Source of the DNA: Podarcis melisellensis | Taxonomy: Eukaryota | Length of the DNA: 64,000 nucleotides | Strand: one strand, 5' to 3' | Assembly: GCA_964234715.1 (NCBI GenBank) | Contig: OZ174290.1 | Shown: positions 51,640 through 63,094 of the stretch, piece by piece | Position numbering within the stretch: the first letter of the stretch is position 1 | Layout: every line of letters starts with the position of its first letter | Notes under the pieces: model-generated | Database searches by the model: none | What the model saw: the letters and a program-made list of their open reading frames with translations, nothing else | Told to the model about the DNA's origin: nothing | Translations under genes and position numbers: made by a program

Positions 51640-54295
51640 GTAAGGCCAGGCCCTGCCCAGGGGCACAGAACAGGGCACCATTGGGTGGCCGGTTGGGTGG
51701 GGCTAACCTGGATGGGCAGGGGGCAGAAAGAGGCGAGAAACTCTGAGGAATAGGACCTGGGTTGCTGAGCAGGCCGCCTTCACATGCTGCTCTGCAAGTG
51801 GCACCTGTCTTGATGGAGGATGGGCAGGTGGGAGGAGAGCAGGGCAGGCTCCCAGGGCTTACGGGCATGGACAGGGTGGTGGTTGGAGGGGGGAAAGGGG
51901 CTTATTCGCACCGGACATCACTAATTTATGGAATCAGCTGCCACAGGGTGTCATGATGGCCCGTGGCTTTCAAAGGGGGTTAGACAAATCCATGGAGCCT
52001 GCAGAAGAGGAAATGCCAACAAAGGGAAACCTCAAGCTTGGAGCCTGCCTGCCTCCTGATATCATCTTCTGAGGAGTAGCAACAGGGGGCTGTTGCCTTC
52101 TTACATTCCTTGTGAGATCATTAAGAGGCACTGGGACCAGAAGAGTCATTGCCCTTGTCCAGCTGATCTCTTCTGATCATCTAGGGCCCTCCCGCTTGCT
52201 GCTTGAGTTAATGGCAGTTCAGTGGATTGGCTCTAGGAGAGGCAGGCTCAAGGCCCAGCTGAGCTGGGAACTCACATGGATTCGGGGGTGAGCCACCATC
52301 CTCTCTTGGTCTTAATCATTCCCATCTGTGAAATGGGAGGGCAAGCAAGGTAAATACCACAGAGCCATTTTCCAAGTTGGTATAGAAGGATTGACCTTGT
52401 GTGAATGGTGGTGCCTTGCCCCCCCCACCCCAGTTCAGGGTATTAAGAGTGCAGGCAGGTCGGCATTCAGGCAGCAAGCAAACGCTTCCGGAAGTGTTTG
52501 TGGCACAGGGTTGGTATGGGGGTGAATTTGCTCAGGAGGAGAAGGAGCTTCTTGGTGCTCTCAGCACATGGGACAGTGGCCCAAGGGAAGGAAAGCAAGC
52601 AAGCCAGGCTTCACACTTGCCTCCTCAGCCAAGCTAAGAGCTCCTGTGTGTTGCCTTCCACCTGCATGGCTTGATGAGAGCACCCTGATCAGGACCCTAT
52701 TTCTCTCCCTTGCCTTGTCCTGCTCTGGCCAAATATGGCCTGCTGCTCATTTTGGTGGTGGCAATGGCATGCTGCTTCAAGATCTAGCAGATGTCAGGGG
52801 CAGGCAGCTGGTCACTGGAGGTCCTCCATTTGGAGGAGCAGCAGGAAGGAGGGTAGAGGCCTCTCTGGTGGCAGAGTTGGCCATATTCCCCCTCTCCTGC
52901 CTAAAGCATCCTCTGTTTGTTTTTCCAGGAAAGTTAAACTGACTCCAGCTTTGCGGCTACATATAGAAAGAGTGGTGTGATAGACGGGAATCCTGGGTAC
53001 TCTTTGGGATTGTGAAATCCTGGCTAATTATTTATTTAAAGTCCTTTTTATCCTCTCTCAAGCTGAAAAGGCTGCCAGAGCAGCTTACGGATTTTTATTT
53101 ACTTATTTATTTTTAAAAACCCACAGCCACTGCCCCTTGCATTCTAAAAGGCACAACACACACACACAAAAAGGAATAGGGATAGAGGAGGGGGAAAGTA
53201 TGCTTAAGCACCAGTTCTGAAAGTTTAAGAGTCCTTTAAAACAACAAGCTGGGCTGAAAACAGTCGGCGAGGGGGGGGGGAGCCCAAAAGAGCGTTTCCC
53301 CTCCTGTCCCTGTTTTCCATGTAAAATCCTAGTTCTGACAAAAAGGCCACCTCCATGCCTCCTACTCTTTGGCCAGAGCCAGGGCTTGTTGCACCTTAGG
53401 CCCGAGGAAAGAGCTTTGGGGGAGACACAGGTGAGGGCGTTGTGCTGTGTAGATGCCTCCCATCTGTCTACAGCGCTGCCTGCTAGTAGCCCTTTCTGTG
53501 CCCTGTGGGTGGTGGCTCCTGAGGTGATAAAGGACAGCCTTTACACCCTGCAAGAACAACAGTTTTGTCAGCAGTTGATCTTTGGCCTGGCCCCTTTGGA
53601 ATGAGGAGCACCGGCCTTTGGAATCGTTCCACTGCATGTCTCCGCTGTGTGGAATGGGGGAAGGTGGGTCCATGCCAGGAAGCGGGCTGTGCCTTGTGGG
53701 CCTGAGCTAGGCACTTTCTGCCTGTTGGGGAAGGATCTCCTGTACAGGCTCCACTGCAGGGAACAGAAGCTGCTTGTGGGTCTTTGCACAACTGTGTGTC
53801 CAGCAGCAGGTGTCCCACACATGAGAGAGGGAAGGCTGCCTTTTTTTGTTTTGGGGTGCTGTGTAGAGCCCACCAAGGAGCTGCACTTGGCTCTCACCTC
53901 CTCCCATATCCAGGGGCATCTCCACAGGCTGTGCCGCAGAGAGTCTACGCAAAACGTGGTTTCATACCAGGAAGTGGCTCTCCTGCTGCTGCTGTTGCTG
54001 AGAATCAAAGAGGAGGGTGTGTGTGTTGTGATTGGCAGGTTGGCCCTGAGCTGGTTGTGCTCTGTCGCAGGGCCATTGTGAGGATAAAAGTGGGGTAATT
54101 CCCATGAATGTATTGATGGAAAGAGTGTGCAGTGAATGAGAAAAAGGAATGAAAAGGGGTTTCTCTCTCCTTGTACTTACGGCCTGAGCCAGAAGGATTT
54201 TAGGGTACTTGTGGCTGGGAAATGGGTGCCTTTGAAGGGACATAATGCTCTTTCCCCTCCCTCCTCTTTTGTCTTTCTCTCCCTTTCCCACAAAG

Positions 54296-54459
54296 ACTCC
54301 ATGGCCACAGGTTGCATGGAAAGAAGCTCTCCTGGTCACGTGGAGATGCCAGATGCAGATGGGCCAGAGGGTTATCCCACAAGGCCGATTCCTGGTGTGC
54401 ATCACAGATCCCGGCCTTTGCAGAGACACCACACCATTCAAAACAGTGACGATGCCTAT
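54296..54459 (+). CDS. SIK3: SIK3 exon 22 (SMATGCMERSSPG...LQRHHTIQNSDDAY)
   Basis: Pyrimidine tract + aag| ... |gtatgt; 164 nt. Confidence 0.93.
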
Positions 54460-54640
54460 GTATGTTGGGGAGAGGGGTGTTGGTGGGGATGGGGGCCCCC
54501 TGTGTCAAGGTGACACACCTGTCCTATGGTATGGTGGAGGTGAAGGCCCTGGTCCCACCTCCTCTGGCCAGCCTCTTCCTTCTCATTCTTTAGCAGTGCC
54601 CCCTGCAGGTCTCTGAGCCTTTCCTTTCTGCTCCCTGCAG

Positions 54641-54776
54641 GTGCAACTGGACACTCTTCCGGGCATGAGCCTAATGGCAGGGAAGGCGCTCAGCTCTGCC
54701 CGCATGTCCGACGCTGTGCTCAGCCAGTCTTCCCTCATGGGCAGCCAACCGCTCCATGATGGGGAGAGTGAAGAAG
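54641..54776 (+). CDS. SIK3: SIK3 exon 23 (VQLDTLPGMSL...ARMSDAVLSQSSLMG..EE)
   Basis: ctgcag| ... |gtgagt; 136 nt. Confidence 0.95.
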
Positions 54777-55179
54777 GTGAGTGCTTGGAGCCTCCAGCGC
54801 CGCCAGGTGGTGCCTCTTTGCATGTCCAGCCAAAAGCATCTGACTTAGGGCTGGGCAGAGTGACCTGTTTGCTTGGCCTGTCCCAGGAAAGCGAGACGGG
54901 GACAGTTCTGGATTTAAGAGGTGGGGAGCATCTGTGAGTGCTCTGTGTCTGTGGGCCTGGAGTGGGAGCGGGCACATTAACAACCCCACCCTTCTCGCAC
55001 TAGGCACCAGGTTGAACATCTAGATGGGACAGCGGGATCCTTTGTTAAGCTTTCTGCATAAAGCTGCAGTCCTCTCTGCCCTTGGCATGCCCTGTGGCTC
55101 CTAAATCTTGGAGCCAAACACACACTTCCAGGCCTTGCCTGAGCTGTCACTTCAGCTTCCCTTGTCTTTGGTTTTGCAG

Positions 55180-55337
55180 ACTGTGGAGAGAACTTGGAAG
55201 GTCAAGAGCACCTGAACCTAGCAGATGGCAACCAGCATCTAAACACCTCTTGTTACTCTTCCACGTGTATTACTGACGTCCTGCTGAGTTACAAGCACCC
55301 AGAGGTGCCCTTTGGGATGGAGCAGGCTGGGGTCTAG
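55180..55337 (+). CDS. SIK3: SIK3 exon 24 coding part (...CITDVLLSYKHPEVPFGMEQAGV*)
   Basis: ttgcag|; TAG at 55335-55337; the exon continues to a donor |gtaagt at 55355. Confidence 0.95.
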
Positions 55338-56004
55338 AGATCAGGCAGGCTACAGTAAGTAGCATTCGAGTCCAAACTTGTGCCAGGCACTGGGGAGATG
55401 CATGGGCCCCTTCCATGAAAGAAAGGGGATTGGGGGGTGGGAAGTACCCTCCTTTTTAATGTTGGCCTACCCACTACCTGGACCTGCACTACACCGTGCT
55501 CACTGGGGAAGCAAGCGCCACTTCCAAAGTTTCTGCAGGGGTGGGCCTATCGGTTTGCTGCTGCTGCTGCTGCTGCTGCTGGAGCTGAGCAGAGCTCTCT
55601 CTGGACCAGCCGCAAGTCTCGGGACCTTGCAGGCAGAAGAGCCAGGCATGAGGAAATACTGTGTCTGCGTCCCTGGGGCATTCAAGGTTGGGTGTCGCAT
55701 TCCTGGCTCAGAGGTCAAGAGGCTTAGTAGGCTCAGAGTTCGAAAGGTGCTCTTCTCACTCCTGCCTTTGGGAAGGGGCAGAGCTCTGGGCTCTCTCTGG
55801 CTCCCCAGTGAGCTGCTCCTGCTCCTGAAGCCATTGCCAAGAGGGCCTTGCTAGGCCAGCCAGTTTTATGCCTGGCGACGGGAGTGTGGAGCAGCGTGGG
55901 GCACAAGAAAGGTTTAGTGAGGTTCATCTGTGTAGCTGTGTAGGCAAGTGTCTAGTATTCCTGCCACCCACTCCCCTCTCTTTGTCTCTCTCATTTTCCG
56001 GCAG

Positions 56005-58030
56005 GGGTATGTACAGCTTTGAAACAAAAAGGTCCATTTCAAACCAACAGTATCTCGCAGCGTTGCGCCAAATGGCCGTCCCGTTTCTCCTTGACGGAAA
56101 TCTTGTGGCGGCTTCTCCTCCTCCTCCTCCTCAACCTCCTCGTTGGTTCAACAGTGTGCTTGTTCCTTTCGGATGTTCATTATTGCCATATTTGCCTGTG
56201 ACGCCAGCCATTCTGGAAGGACCAGAGCACCCCCCCCCCCCCGCACAGAAGCTGCAGGGGGCAGTTTGCGGGCAGCTGCCGGCTTGGAGGGCCCCCCCCT
56301 TCCCAGTCAGTGGCAGTTGCCAGGGAAGGGGGCAGCCAGCCTTGCCTGGAAAACCTGATGGCAGAAGGGGAGAGGAGCTCTGCCCACCCGCAAGCAATAA
56401 GCAGCTGTTTTGGACGGTGCCTCTTCATGATCTGCCTTTGCAGTGGCCCCTCCAGGCCAGGGGGCTGGTGGGTGTGGCGGGGGCTGTGCTTGCGGAGGGG
56501 CCGAGAGCCAAGCCTCCACGTCTGCCTTCCATGCATCGCTTGCCTCCCACCCCTTGGCCATTCCCCCCCCTCCCCACCGCAGTGGTGCAATATTGCTTTT
56601 GTGTGTCTCTCCTCTGTCAGCCTTTCTGTTTTAAATTTTGTCACTCTGTCCTTTCTTCCGTTTCTCTTTTTTTTTTTGTACATCTCTCCCCCCCCATTTA
56701 ATTCCATGTGCTACTACTTCTTCTTTTTTCCCCCTTTTTCCCCTTTGTTTCGAGAAAACCTGGTTCTTGTTTTCAACTTGCTTTCCCTTCAGATCATGTA
56801 GGAATTTGTTTTGGTAAATGTTTTATTATTGTTGTTGTTATTATTATTAATAATAAATTAATTGTTAATAAAAGGCAGGATGCATTTTGCCCCTCCCCTT
56901 CTACCCCGCCCCATGTTGCTGCTTGCCCCTCCCCCATCTTCCTCCCAGTATTGGCTTTTCTCCAGTGTGGCAGCGGTGGTGCCCCTGGCGTTGCCGCGGA
57001 GACCGTCTCTCCCTTTCTCTCAGCCCTTGGGGAACTCGTTTTCTGTGACTGGTCCAGGGTCTGGGGCACCTCCAGCGGCTGGGCCTCCGGGGAGTCTCTC
57101 CTGTCATCTTTTCTGCCTTTGGAACTTTTGACAAAGCTGCAACAGAGAATCCCTATTACTGACTCTTTTTGGAAGAATTTTTTTAAAAGGATTAAATATA
57201 TATATAAATATATATATCAATGCAGCCCTCCTGAATTTGCACAGAAGAAGTGTGAGACCAGCATGGCTGAGGTTCTTTTGCTATCGTCATCATCACCATC
57301 ATCATCCTCCTGTTCCTCGTTCTCACCTTTCCAGCAGCATCTGGATACCAAGATGTGCAAGCGATGGTGGGGGGAAGCCTCTTCCTCCTCCTCCTCCTCC
57401 TCCTCCTCCTCGAGGCTGGATTGTGGCCGGGGTTCCACTGAGGCGGGGGACTCGCTTACCAGGGAAGAAGAATGGGCCATGGAGGGGCAGGAGGAATTTG
57501 AGGGCTGCTCACTGCTCCCTCCTGCCACTGGGAGGGAGGGGCCAAAAGGCACCGAAAGCCTCCTCTGGCCTAGCTTTGGACTCTTGCTTTGGTTTTTCCT
57601 TCTGTTTACATGATCCTGAGAGATGACAGCAGCATCAGCCGCCCTCCAAGCAAACCGCCGTGCAGGGACTGGCCTGGCTATGCTGTTTTGCAGTATCACA
57701 CTTTTTGTTTTGTTATTTTTTTGTTCTTGCGGGGGGGATTCTTTTGTTTTTAATCATTGCTTTGTATTGTAGTAATCAATACTCGCAGTATATGTTGAAT
57801 GTATCATATACTTTGCTATTATTTCTGTTTTGGGGGAAATGTCCAAAGTATTTTTTCTCATTTATGTTGGACTAAAAACAAAGAACCCACACAAACAAAC
57901 TCCCCAGATTTTCAGCAAAATCTTAGTTCAGTTTTTTTCCGTTTGTTTGTTCGTTTTCGGTGGGTCATTTTGCAACTAGTAACTTAGTTGGACGTGGGAT
58001 CATGACAAATAAACCCATGATTATGATTGG
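56005..58030 (+). other. SIK3: SIK3 exon 25, 3'UTR only
   Basis: Strong acceptor (tctctcattttccggcag|). The start (tgtacagctt...aaaaggt...acagtatctcgcagcgttg) resembles the mammalian SIK3 3'UTR as recalled. U-rich body ending at AATAAA. Confidence 0.8.
58008..58013 (+). terminator. Distal polyadenylation signal AATAAA of SIK3
   Basis: AATAAA followed by GU/U-rich sequence (ctctggtctggcttttctcttgctgttgtg). Confidence 0.7.
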
Positions 58031-58086
58031 CTCTCAGCAGCTCTGGTCTGGCTTTTCTCTTGCTGTTGTGTCCAGGGTTGGGGAGT

Positions 58087-58461
58087 AAAAAAAAGCTAAA
58101 GGTAAAGGTACCCCTGCCCGTAGGGGCCAGTCGTGTCCGACTCTAGGGTTGTGCGCCCATCTCGCTTAAGAGGCCGGGGGCCAGCGCTGTCCAAGGACAC
58201 TTCTGGGTCACGTGGCCAGTGTGACGAAGCTGCTCTGGCGAGCCAGCACCAGCGCAGCACACGGAAACGCCGTTTACCTTCCCGCTATAAAGCGGTACCT
58301 ATTTATCTACTTGCACTTAAGGGTGCTTTCGAACTGCTAGGTGGGCAGGAGCTGGGACCAAAAGACAGGAGCTCACCCCGCCGCGGGGATTTGAACCGCC
58401 GACCATACGATCGGCAAGTCCTAGGCACTGAGGTTTTACCCACAGCGCCACCCGCGTCCCT
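58087..58461 (-). mobile_element. Sauria SINE with 13-bp TSD
   Basis: Similar to 200-561; TSD agggttggggagt (58074-58086, 58462-58474). Confidence 0.92.
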
Positions 58462-59619
58462 AGGGTTGGGGAGTGGTGGTGCCTTAAGCTGGGATTGTCC
58501 CTGAACAAGTGGCAGTGATGGCTCTGGAGACCCTCCTTAGGCAGAGGACCCTTGCGTTCTGACCATGTGCTGCATTGGTAGCAGCCCAAGCCCATGTTTG
58601 GGTCGTTGCATACTTCAGGGTCAGTAGAGCTTCAGGCGGGAGGGAAGGGACTCAGTGACAGAGCATCTTTGCAAGCAAAAGATCCCAGGTTGAATTTTCT
58701 AGCACAGCGTTTCCCAAACCTGTATCATTGCAGGGCCCCACCTGCCTCCTCCATTGCATCCCATCACCAGGGTTAGTATCAAAAGGCCCTCCTGCTGCAC
58801 ACTGCTCATGACCTAGAGGAAGGGGGCATTATTGGGACTAGAATGCTCTTTGGTGTGTATCTGCTTAGCATCTCCCTTTGAGGAGGTGCCATAATGTGAG
58901 CATTTTTGTCTGAAAATGGCATGCCAAGGAGTGATTAGCTAAGGTCGGGTCCTGTTGAGAGTTTTAGTCTGGTGGCATCCAATGGCAATTTGTGCTCCCT
59001 GAGGAGATCTTTGATTCCACCAGAGAAGTTGTTTGTCCTTTAAAGCCAAGCTGGCTGATACAAGAGCAGCCTTTTTGTCATTTTGATAGCCCTGGGCTTG
59101 GATTCCAAGCAGAGCCTCCACAACCTCAGTCACATTTCTTTGGGCGATGGGCTTGCGAGAGAATGGGTTGGTGTCACCGCTGCTTCGTTCTCCTACCCCA
59201 GTGAGTCCTGTTGATTCATTCCCAGGGTGGGAGGCTAAGAATGGAGCACAGTGCCTAAATGGGTTTACTTGGATTTCTCTTCCAGAAAGTCTGGATTGGG
59301 GGTTCCTTGTATGCATCTTGTCCCTGTCTGAGACATTGTGGAGCTTCTGCCAGCCAGTGCTGACTATATGGAGCTGGCTGGACCTTAAGGGGCTGACTCA
59401 GTAGAAGGCAGCTTCCTATGCTCTGCAGATGATGGAACTACAGCTGCAGTCCTCAGTAAGGCTGTTCTGATGGGTATGGGCTTCAACTAAAAGGCTGGCA
59501 GAGTTTCCCTTGCTGTTATCTCCTGTGTCTCCAGCCTCAAAGTTGCCATAGATATCAAAACTCTTGATGGAATGGCAGTAAAAGGACACATGCAAAATGG
59601 TGCTAACTGATAGGGATTA

Positions 59620-59703
59620 TTATGTTTCCTGCTTGGCAGGGGGTTGGACTCGATGGCCCTTGTGGTCTCTTCCAACTCTATGATTCTGGGATTCTATTCT
59701 ATT
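59620..59703 (+). mobile_element. CR1 3' tail fragment
   Basis: ggggttggactcgatggcccttgtggtctcttccaactctatgattct...attctattct; a similar tail lies at about 15735-15808. Confidence 0.7.
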
Positions 59704-60938
59704 AGTCTTTATGGTGCCCTTAAACTTGGCTTTTGCTCCAACAGACTAAGCCATGTATGGAAACAGAATCAGGATGTGTTTCTCGTCTTCTGGAGAGCAA
59801 CTCCCCCTCCCTCTGGAGACAAGTTTCCTGGCACTGTGAATTCTAAGATGAGTGGCAGCCCCACTTTTGTGGAGGTTTCATGTAATCAGGCTCCGCCCTC
59901 CCATGGCAGAGAAAGCCATGCCCAGAATTTCTTGCATTCAGTTGCACCACACAGTCACCAGCCTTCCTATCTGATGTAAAATCCAGCACTCTCAAGGAGA
60001 GGCTGAGGTTTATTGGATGTATGTATTGCTTCACACGGAATAAAGTCCTGAAGTGATCTGCAACTAAGTAAAACATAACAGTGATACAATCACGTCAGCA
60101 TATTAAAAACAGCACAATACTGTATCATTGGTGCTGCCTCAATGCCCAAGAAAACAAAAGGATGGCAAGGGTGGCACCAGGTGGGCCTCCCTTGGGGGAG
60201 AGCATTCCATTAAGTTGGGAAGGCAATTTTCGGGCCTTTCCAACCTTGAACAATGAGATGGAATCTCAGAAGTCATGGGATGGGTCCATAACTCTGGCAG
60301 ATCACTTGCTCTGCCCACAGTAGGTCAATCTCTGGTATCATCAAGTTTGAAAAATGATCCTTGCCTGCCTAAGATCCTAGAAAGCCCCAATCAGAGGACA
60401 CCAGCCTCCTCAGTGTTTTTGGACAGTGATTCCCATCATCCCCCTTGACTTTCCTGCCTGTGGCTGATGGGAGTTGTAGTTCAACAACTTCTGGAACACG
60501 TCAGGTTGGGGAAGGCTGGAGTAGACAGTATCACGCCATGACAAAGTCTCATCTGGTATAAGGCAGTTTCCTGTGTTAAGGAGACTCCTGTGTTAAGGAG
60601 ACTGTGTTAAGGTCAGAGGGTGGGGCAAAGATAATCCACATTATCTCCCCGGGGCCAGCAATCCAAGAATGAAGTAGGCAGAATGAGCAAATGCATCCAA
60701 ATGCTTGAGTCTGCACAATGTGTTCAGATTGCAGTTACTCTCTTAGTGGAGTCAGGAGGTTTTCTTCTGAGATAGAGCCTCAGACATCTTTGGAACAACC
60801 CTCTACAGCTGTGGTGGTTCTTCCCATAGAGCTGCTTTCCCTAACCTGGCTCTGTCCAGATGTTTTGCACTCCAAAGAAAAATAATCAGGCACTTGCTGG
60901 AAGCAAGAGCCCTTCTCCCCGATAACTGCCCATTTGCT

Positions 60939-61070
60939 GTTACAGATAGGTAGCCGTGTTGGTCTGCCATAGTCAAAACAAAAAAAAAAATCCTTCCAGT
61001 AGCACCTTAAAGACCAACTAAGTTAGTTCTTGGTATGAGCTTTCGTGTGCATGCACACTTCTTCAGATAC
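60939..61070 (-). mobile_element. Penelope-like element terminal fragment (single arm)
   Basis: Near-identical to the arms at 42462-42684; TSD ctgcccatttgctgt (60926-60940, 61080-61094). Confidence 0.8.
61033..61070 (-). ncRNA. Minimal type-I hammerhead ribozyme motif, second copy
   Basis: Identical 38-nt motif to 42522-42559. Confidence 0.75.
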
Positions 61071-61499
61071 ACCCATTTGCTGCCCATTTGCTGTGAGCAA
61101 AACCCCTTTTCTTCCTCTTGTGTATGGGGAAGCGTTCCAGTGTGTGAACCCCCACCATCACTTGCAGCCAGGCCCAAGTCAGCCACTTTCTCTGATGTTT
61201 GTCCTTGTCAAGAGAGGAGAGGTTTTGCCTGGGGAAGTGGGGGGCTAGGATAGAAAGCAGCTTACAGTAGGTACAACTTTCCTCGCATGCGGGCCCCCCA
61301 GCAAAGGAGAACAACCCCAGTTATTGGCCTGTTGTTAAAGGCTTGCCTGGCCCATGCTGGGAGGCTTCAGGTCACAGAGTTGTTCTCCTGAAGTTATTGC
61401 TAAAGGCACCGAGGACAGAGTCCTCAAACCACTTGGGAACAACAACAGGAGCCTTGCAAATCTCCTTCCTTGGCGGCTGCCCAGCTGAGCAGAGGGGTC

Positions 61500-61745
61500 T
61501 GTGGGGTTCCTGTTCTGCCCACAAGTGCAAATCTGGGTCAGAGAGCTGGCCCCAGGCCCAGCTTCTGTGTTTGTTCCGGAGTCCCTTGCCAGGCCCCTGT
61601 TGCTCCTTGATCGTGCGCGTTCCCCCTGGGGATGTGTGTTTGATCCTTGAACTCTAAGCGCCACATAGTCACGACTTGGGAGTGAATTCCCCATTTACAG
61701 CTTTGACTTATCTTCGGCAATAAACAACCACCTCTGGTATAAATA
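61500..61745 (+). promoter_or_regulatory. APOA1: APOA1 proximal promoter: DR1/LRH-1-type element (61641-61655), FoxA-like sites, TATA box (61738-61745)
   Basis: tgatccttgaactct matches the mammalian APOA1 'site C' as recalled; gcaataaaca and tgtttg are forkhead-like; tataaata lies about 30 nt before the short exon 1. Confidence 0.75.
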
Positions 61746-61767
61746 GCCACCGCCGAGAAGGATCGGT

Positions 61768-61797
61768 CACACGAAGCAGCAGACGCTGAAAGGACTG
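61768..61797 (+). other. APOA1: APOA1 non-coding exon 1 (start approximate)
   Basis: Short segment between the TATA box and the donor G|gtaaga, as in mammalian APOA1. Confidence 0.65.
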
Positions 61798-62624
61798 GTA
61801 AGAATCTGGGCCTCTCCTGGTACTATGGCTTGCTTCTCTCTCTCTTTCTCTCTTTCTCTCTCTCTCACTCTTCTCTCTCCCTCTCTCAAAGCTCTTTGAA
61901 AAGACTTTGCTTCCCCTGCAGAGAAGTTGCCTCTCCATTTCTTTCTTGATCAGCCTTTGCCAACTCCCCCGTGCCCACCCGATGTTTTGGACCACAGATC
62001 CCATCAGCACCAGCTAGCACAGCAGCCCGAGCACATCAGGAGGGCACCACCAGGTTGGCAAAGGCTGGCTTGGTTGTTCTGCCTGGGGCTTCCTCTTGGA
62101 TATATCAATGGATACCTTCGGGTGTATACCTTTGGAAGGGAAGCTCAATGGACTCTTCCAATGAGCAGGTGCCCCAGCTTGGGAAGCCTCTCTGGGCATC
62201 TTGCTGCTGCTGCTGGGCTAGGTGGACATAGCAGATCTTGTGTGCAAGAATTCTTGCTTAAGGGCAGAAAGAGCTGCCCTGTGGGGTCATGCCAAGGGGA
62301 GCCCACATCACCTTGAATCCGGCTGCTTCTCAAAATGGCCAGCCCGGTGCCTCCAGGGAAGCCCACAAGCAAGACTTTATGGTAACTAGTCCTTCTGTGT
62401 TGCTTGCTAACTGGCAAGATCCGCTGGATCTGGTCTTCCCATTGGCTCTTCTGGCTAATCTTCAGCATGCCTCTTTTTCTCCTCACTTCCAATTTCTCTC
62501 TTTCTTGGTCTTGGGAGAGAAAAGCTCAAGAAATCCTTTTGTTGTTGTTTTTCTACATCTTTGTGGATTCTTCTGGCCTGACGTGATCCCCTTCTGCAGT
62601 CTCCAGGTTGGAACGCATTGCAAG

Positions 62625-62667
62625 ATGAGAGCCATCACAGTGACCCTGGCCCTGGTGTTCCTCACAG
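62625..62667 (+). CDS. APOA1: APOA1 exon 2 coding part (signal peptide MRAITVTLALVFLT)
   Basis: ATG in aagATGa context; 43 coding nt; donor |gtgagt; acceptor AG ends at 62599 or 62606. Confidence 0.93.
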
Positions 62668-62937
62668 GTGAGTCCCCCCGACCCTGTGCTCACGGGCAGG
62701 GAATGGCAGCTCTCCCTGAGGCAGCCCAACTCCTGCCCAAGAACCTTGGGGGGATGAGCTCTGAAGGACATGCTCTGATCTCTGCTAATCTCTGCTTGCG
62801 CGTGGAGGGAGGAGTAGCCGTAGAGGAGTGGGCTCTGCCATTGCAGGGCCAAACTGGGGAGACCTGGCTCGCTTCTGACTGCCCCTTTCTAAACGCTCTG
62901 CCCTTAGGCTCTAACTATTATTGCATTGCTTCTGCAG

Positions 62938-63094
62938 GAACCCAGGCCCGCCACTTCTGGCAGCAAGATGAGCCCCAACAAACCCCCTTGGAGCGCGTGC
63001 ACGACGCTCTCACCGTTTACGTAGAAACCATCAGGACTGGTCTCCGTGAAGCCATCACTCAGCTGGATAACTCCGAATGGGGCAAGGAAGTAGA
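62938..63094 (+). CDS. APOA1: APOA1 exon 3 (GTQA-RHFWQQ-DEPQQTPLERVHD...; propeptide + mature N-terminus)
   Basis: ctgcag| ... |gtgagt; 157 nt. The RHFWQQ|DEP propeptide is diagnostic of apoA-I. Exon 4 lies beyond the window. Confidence 0.95.

Noticed and set aside
55868-57613. Long ORFs of 277 aa and 301 aa downstream of the SIK3 stop
   Set aside because: They lie in the low-complexity 3'UTR, are rich in L/P/S/F from pyrimidine and CCT repeats, and show no recognisable domain.
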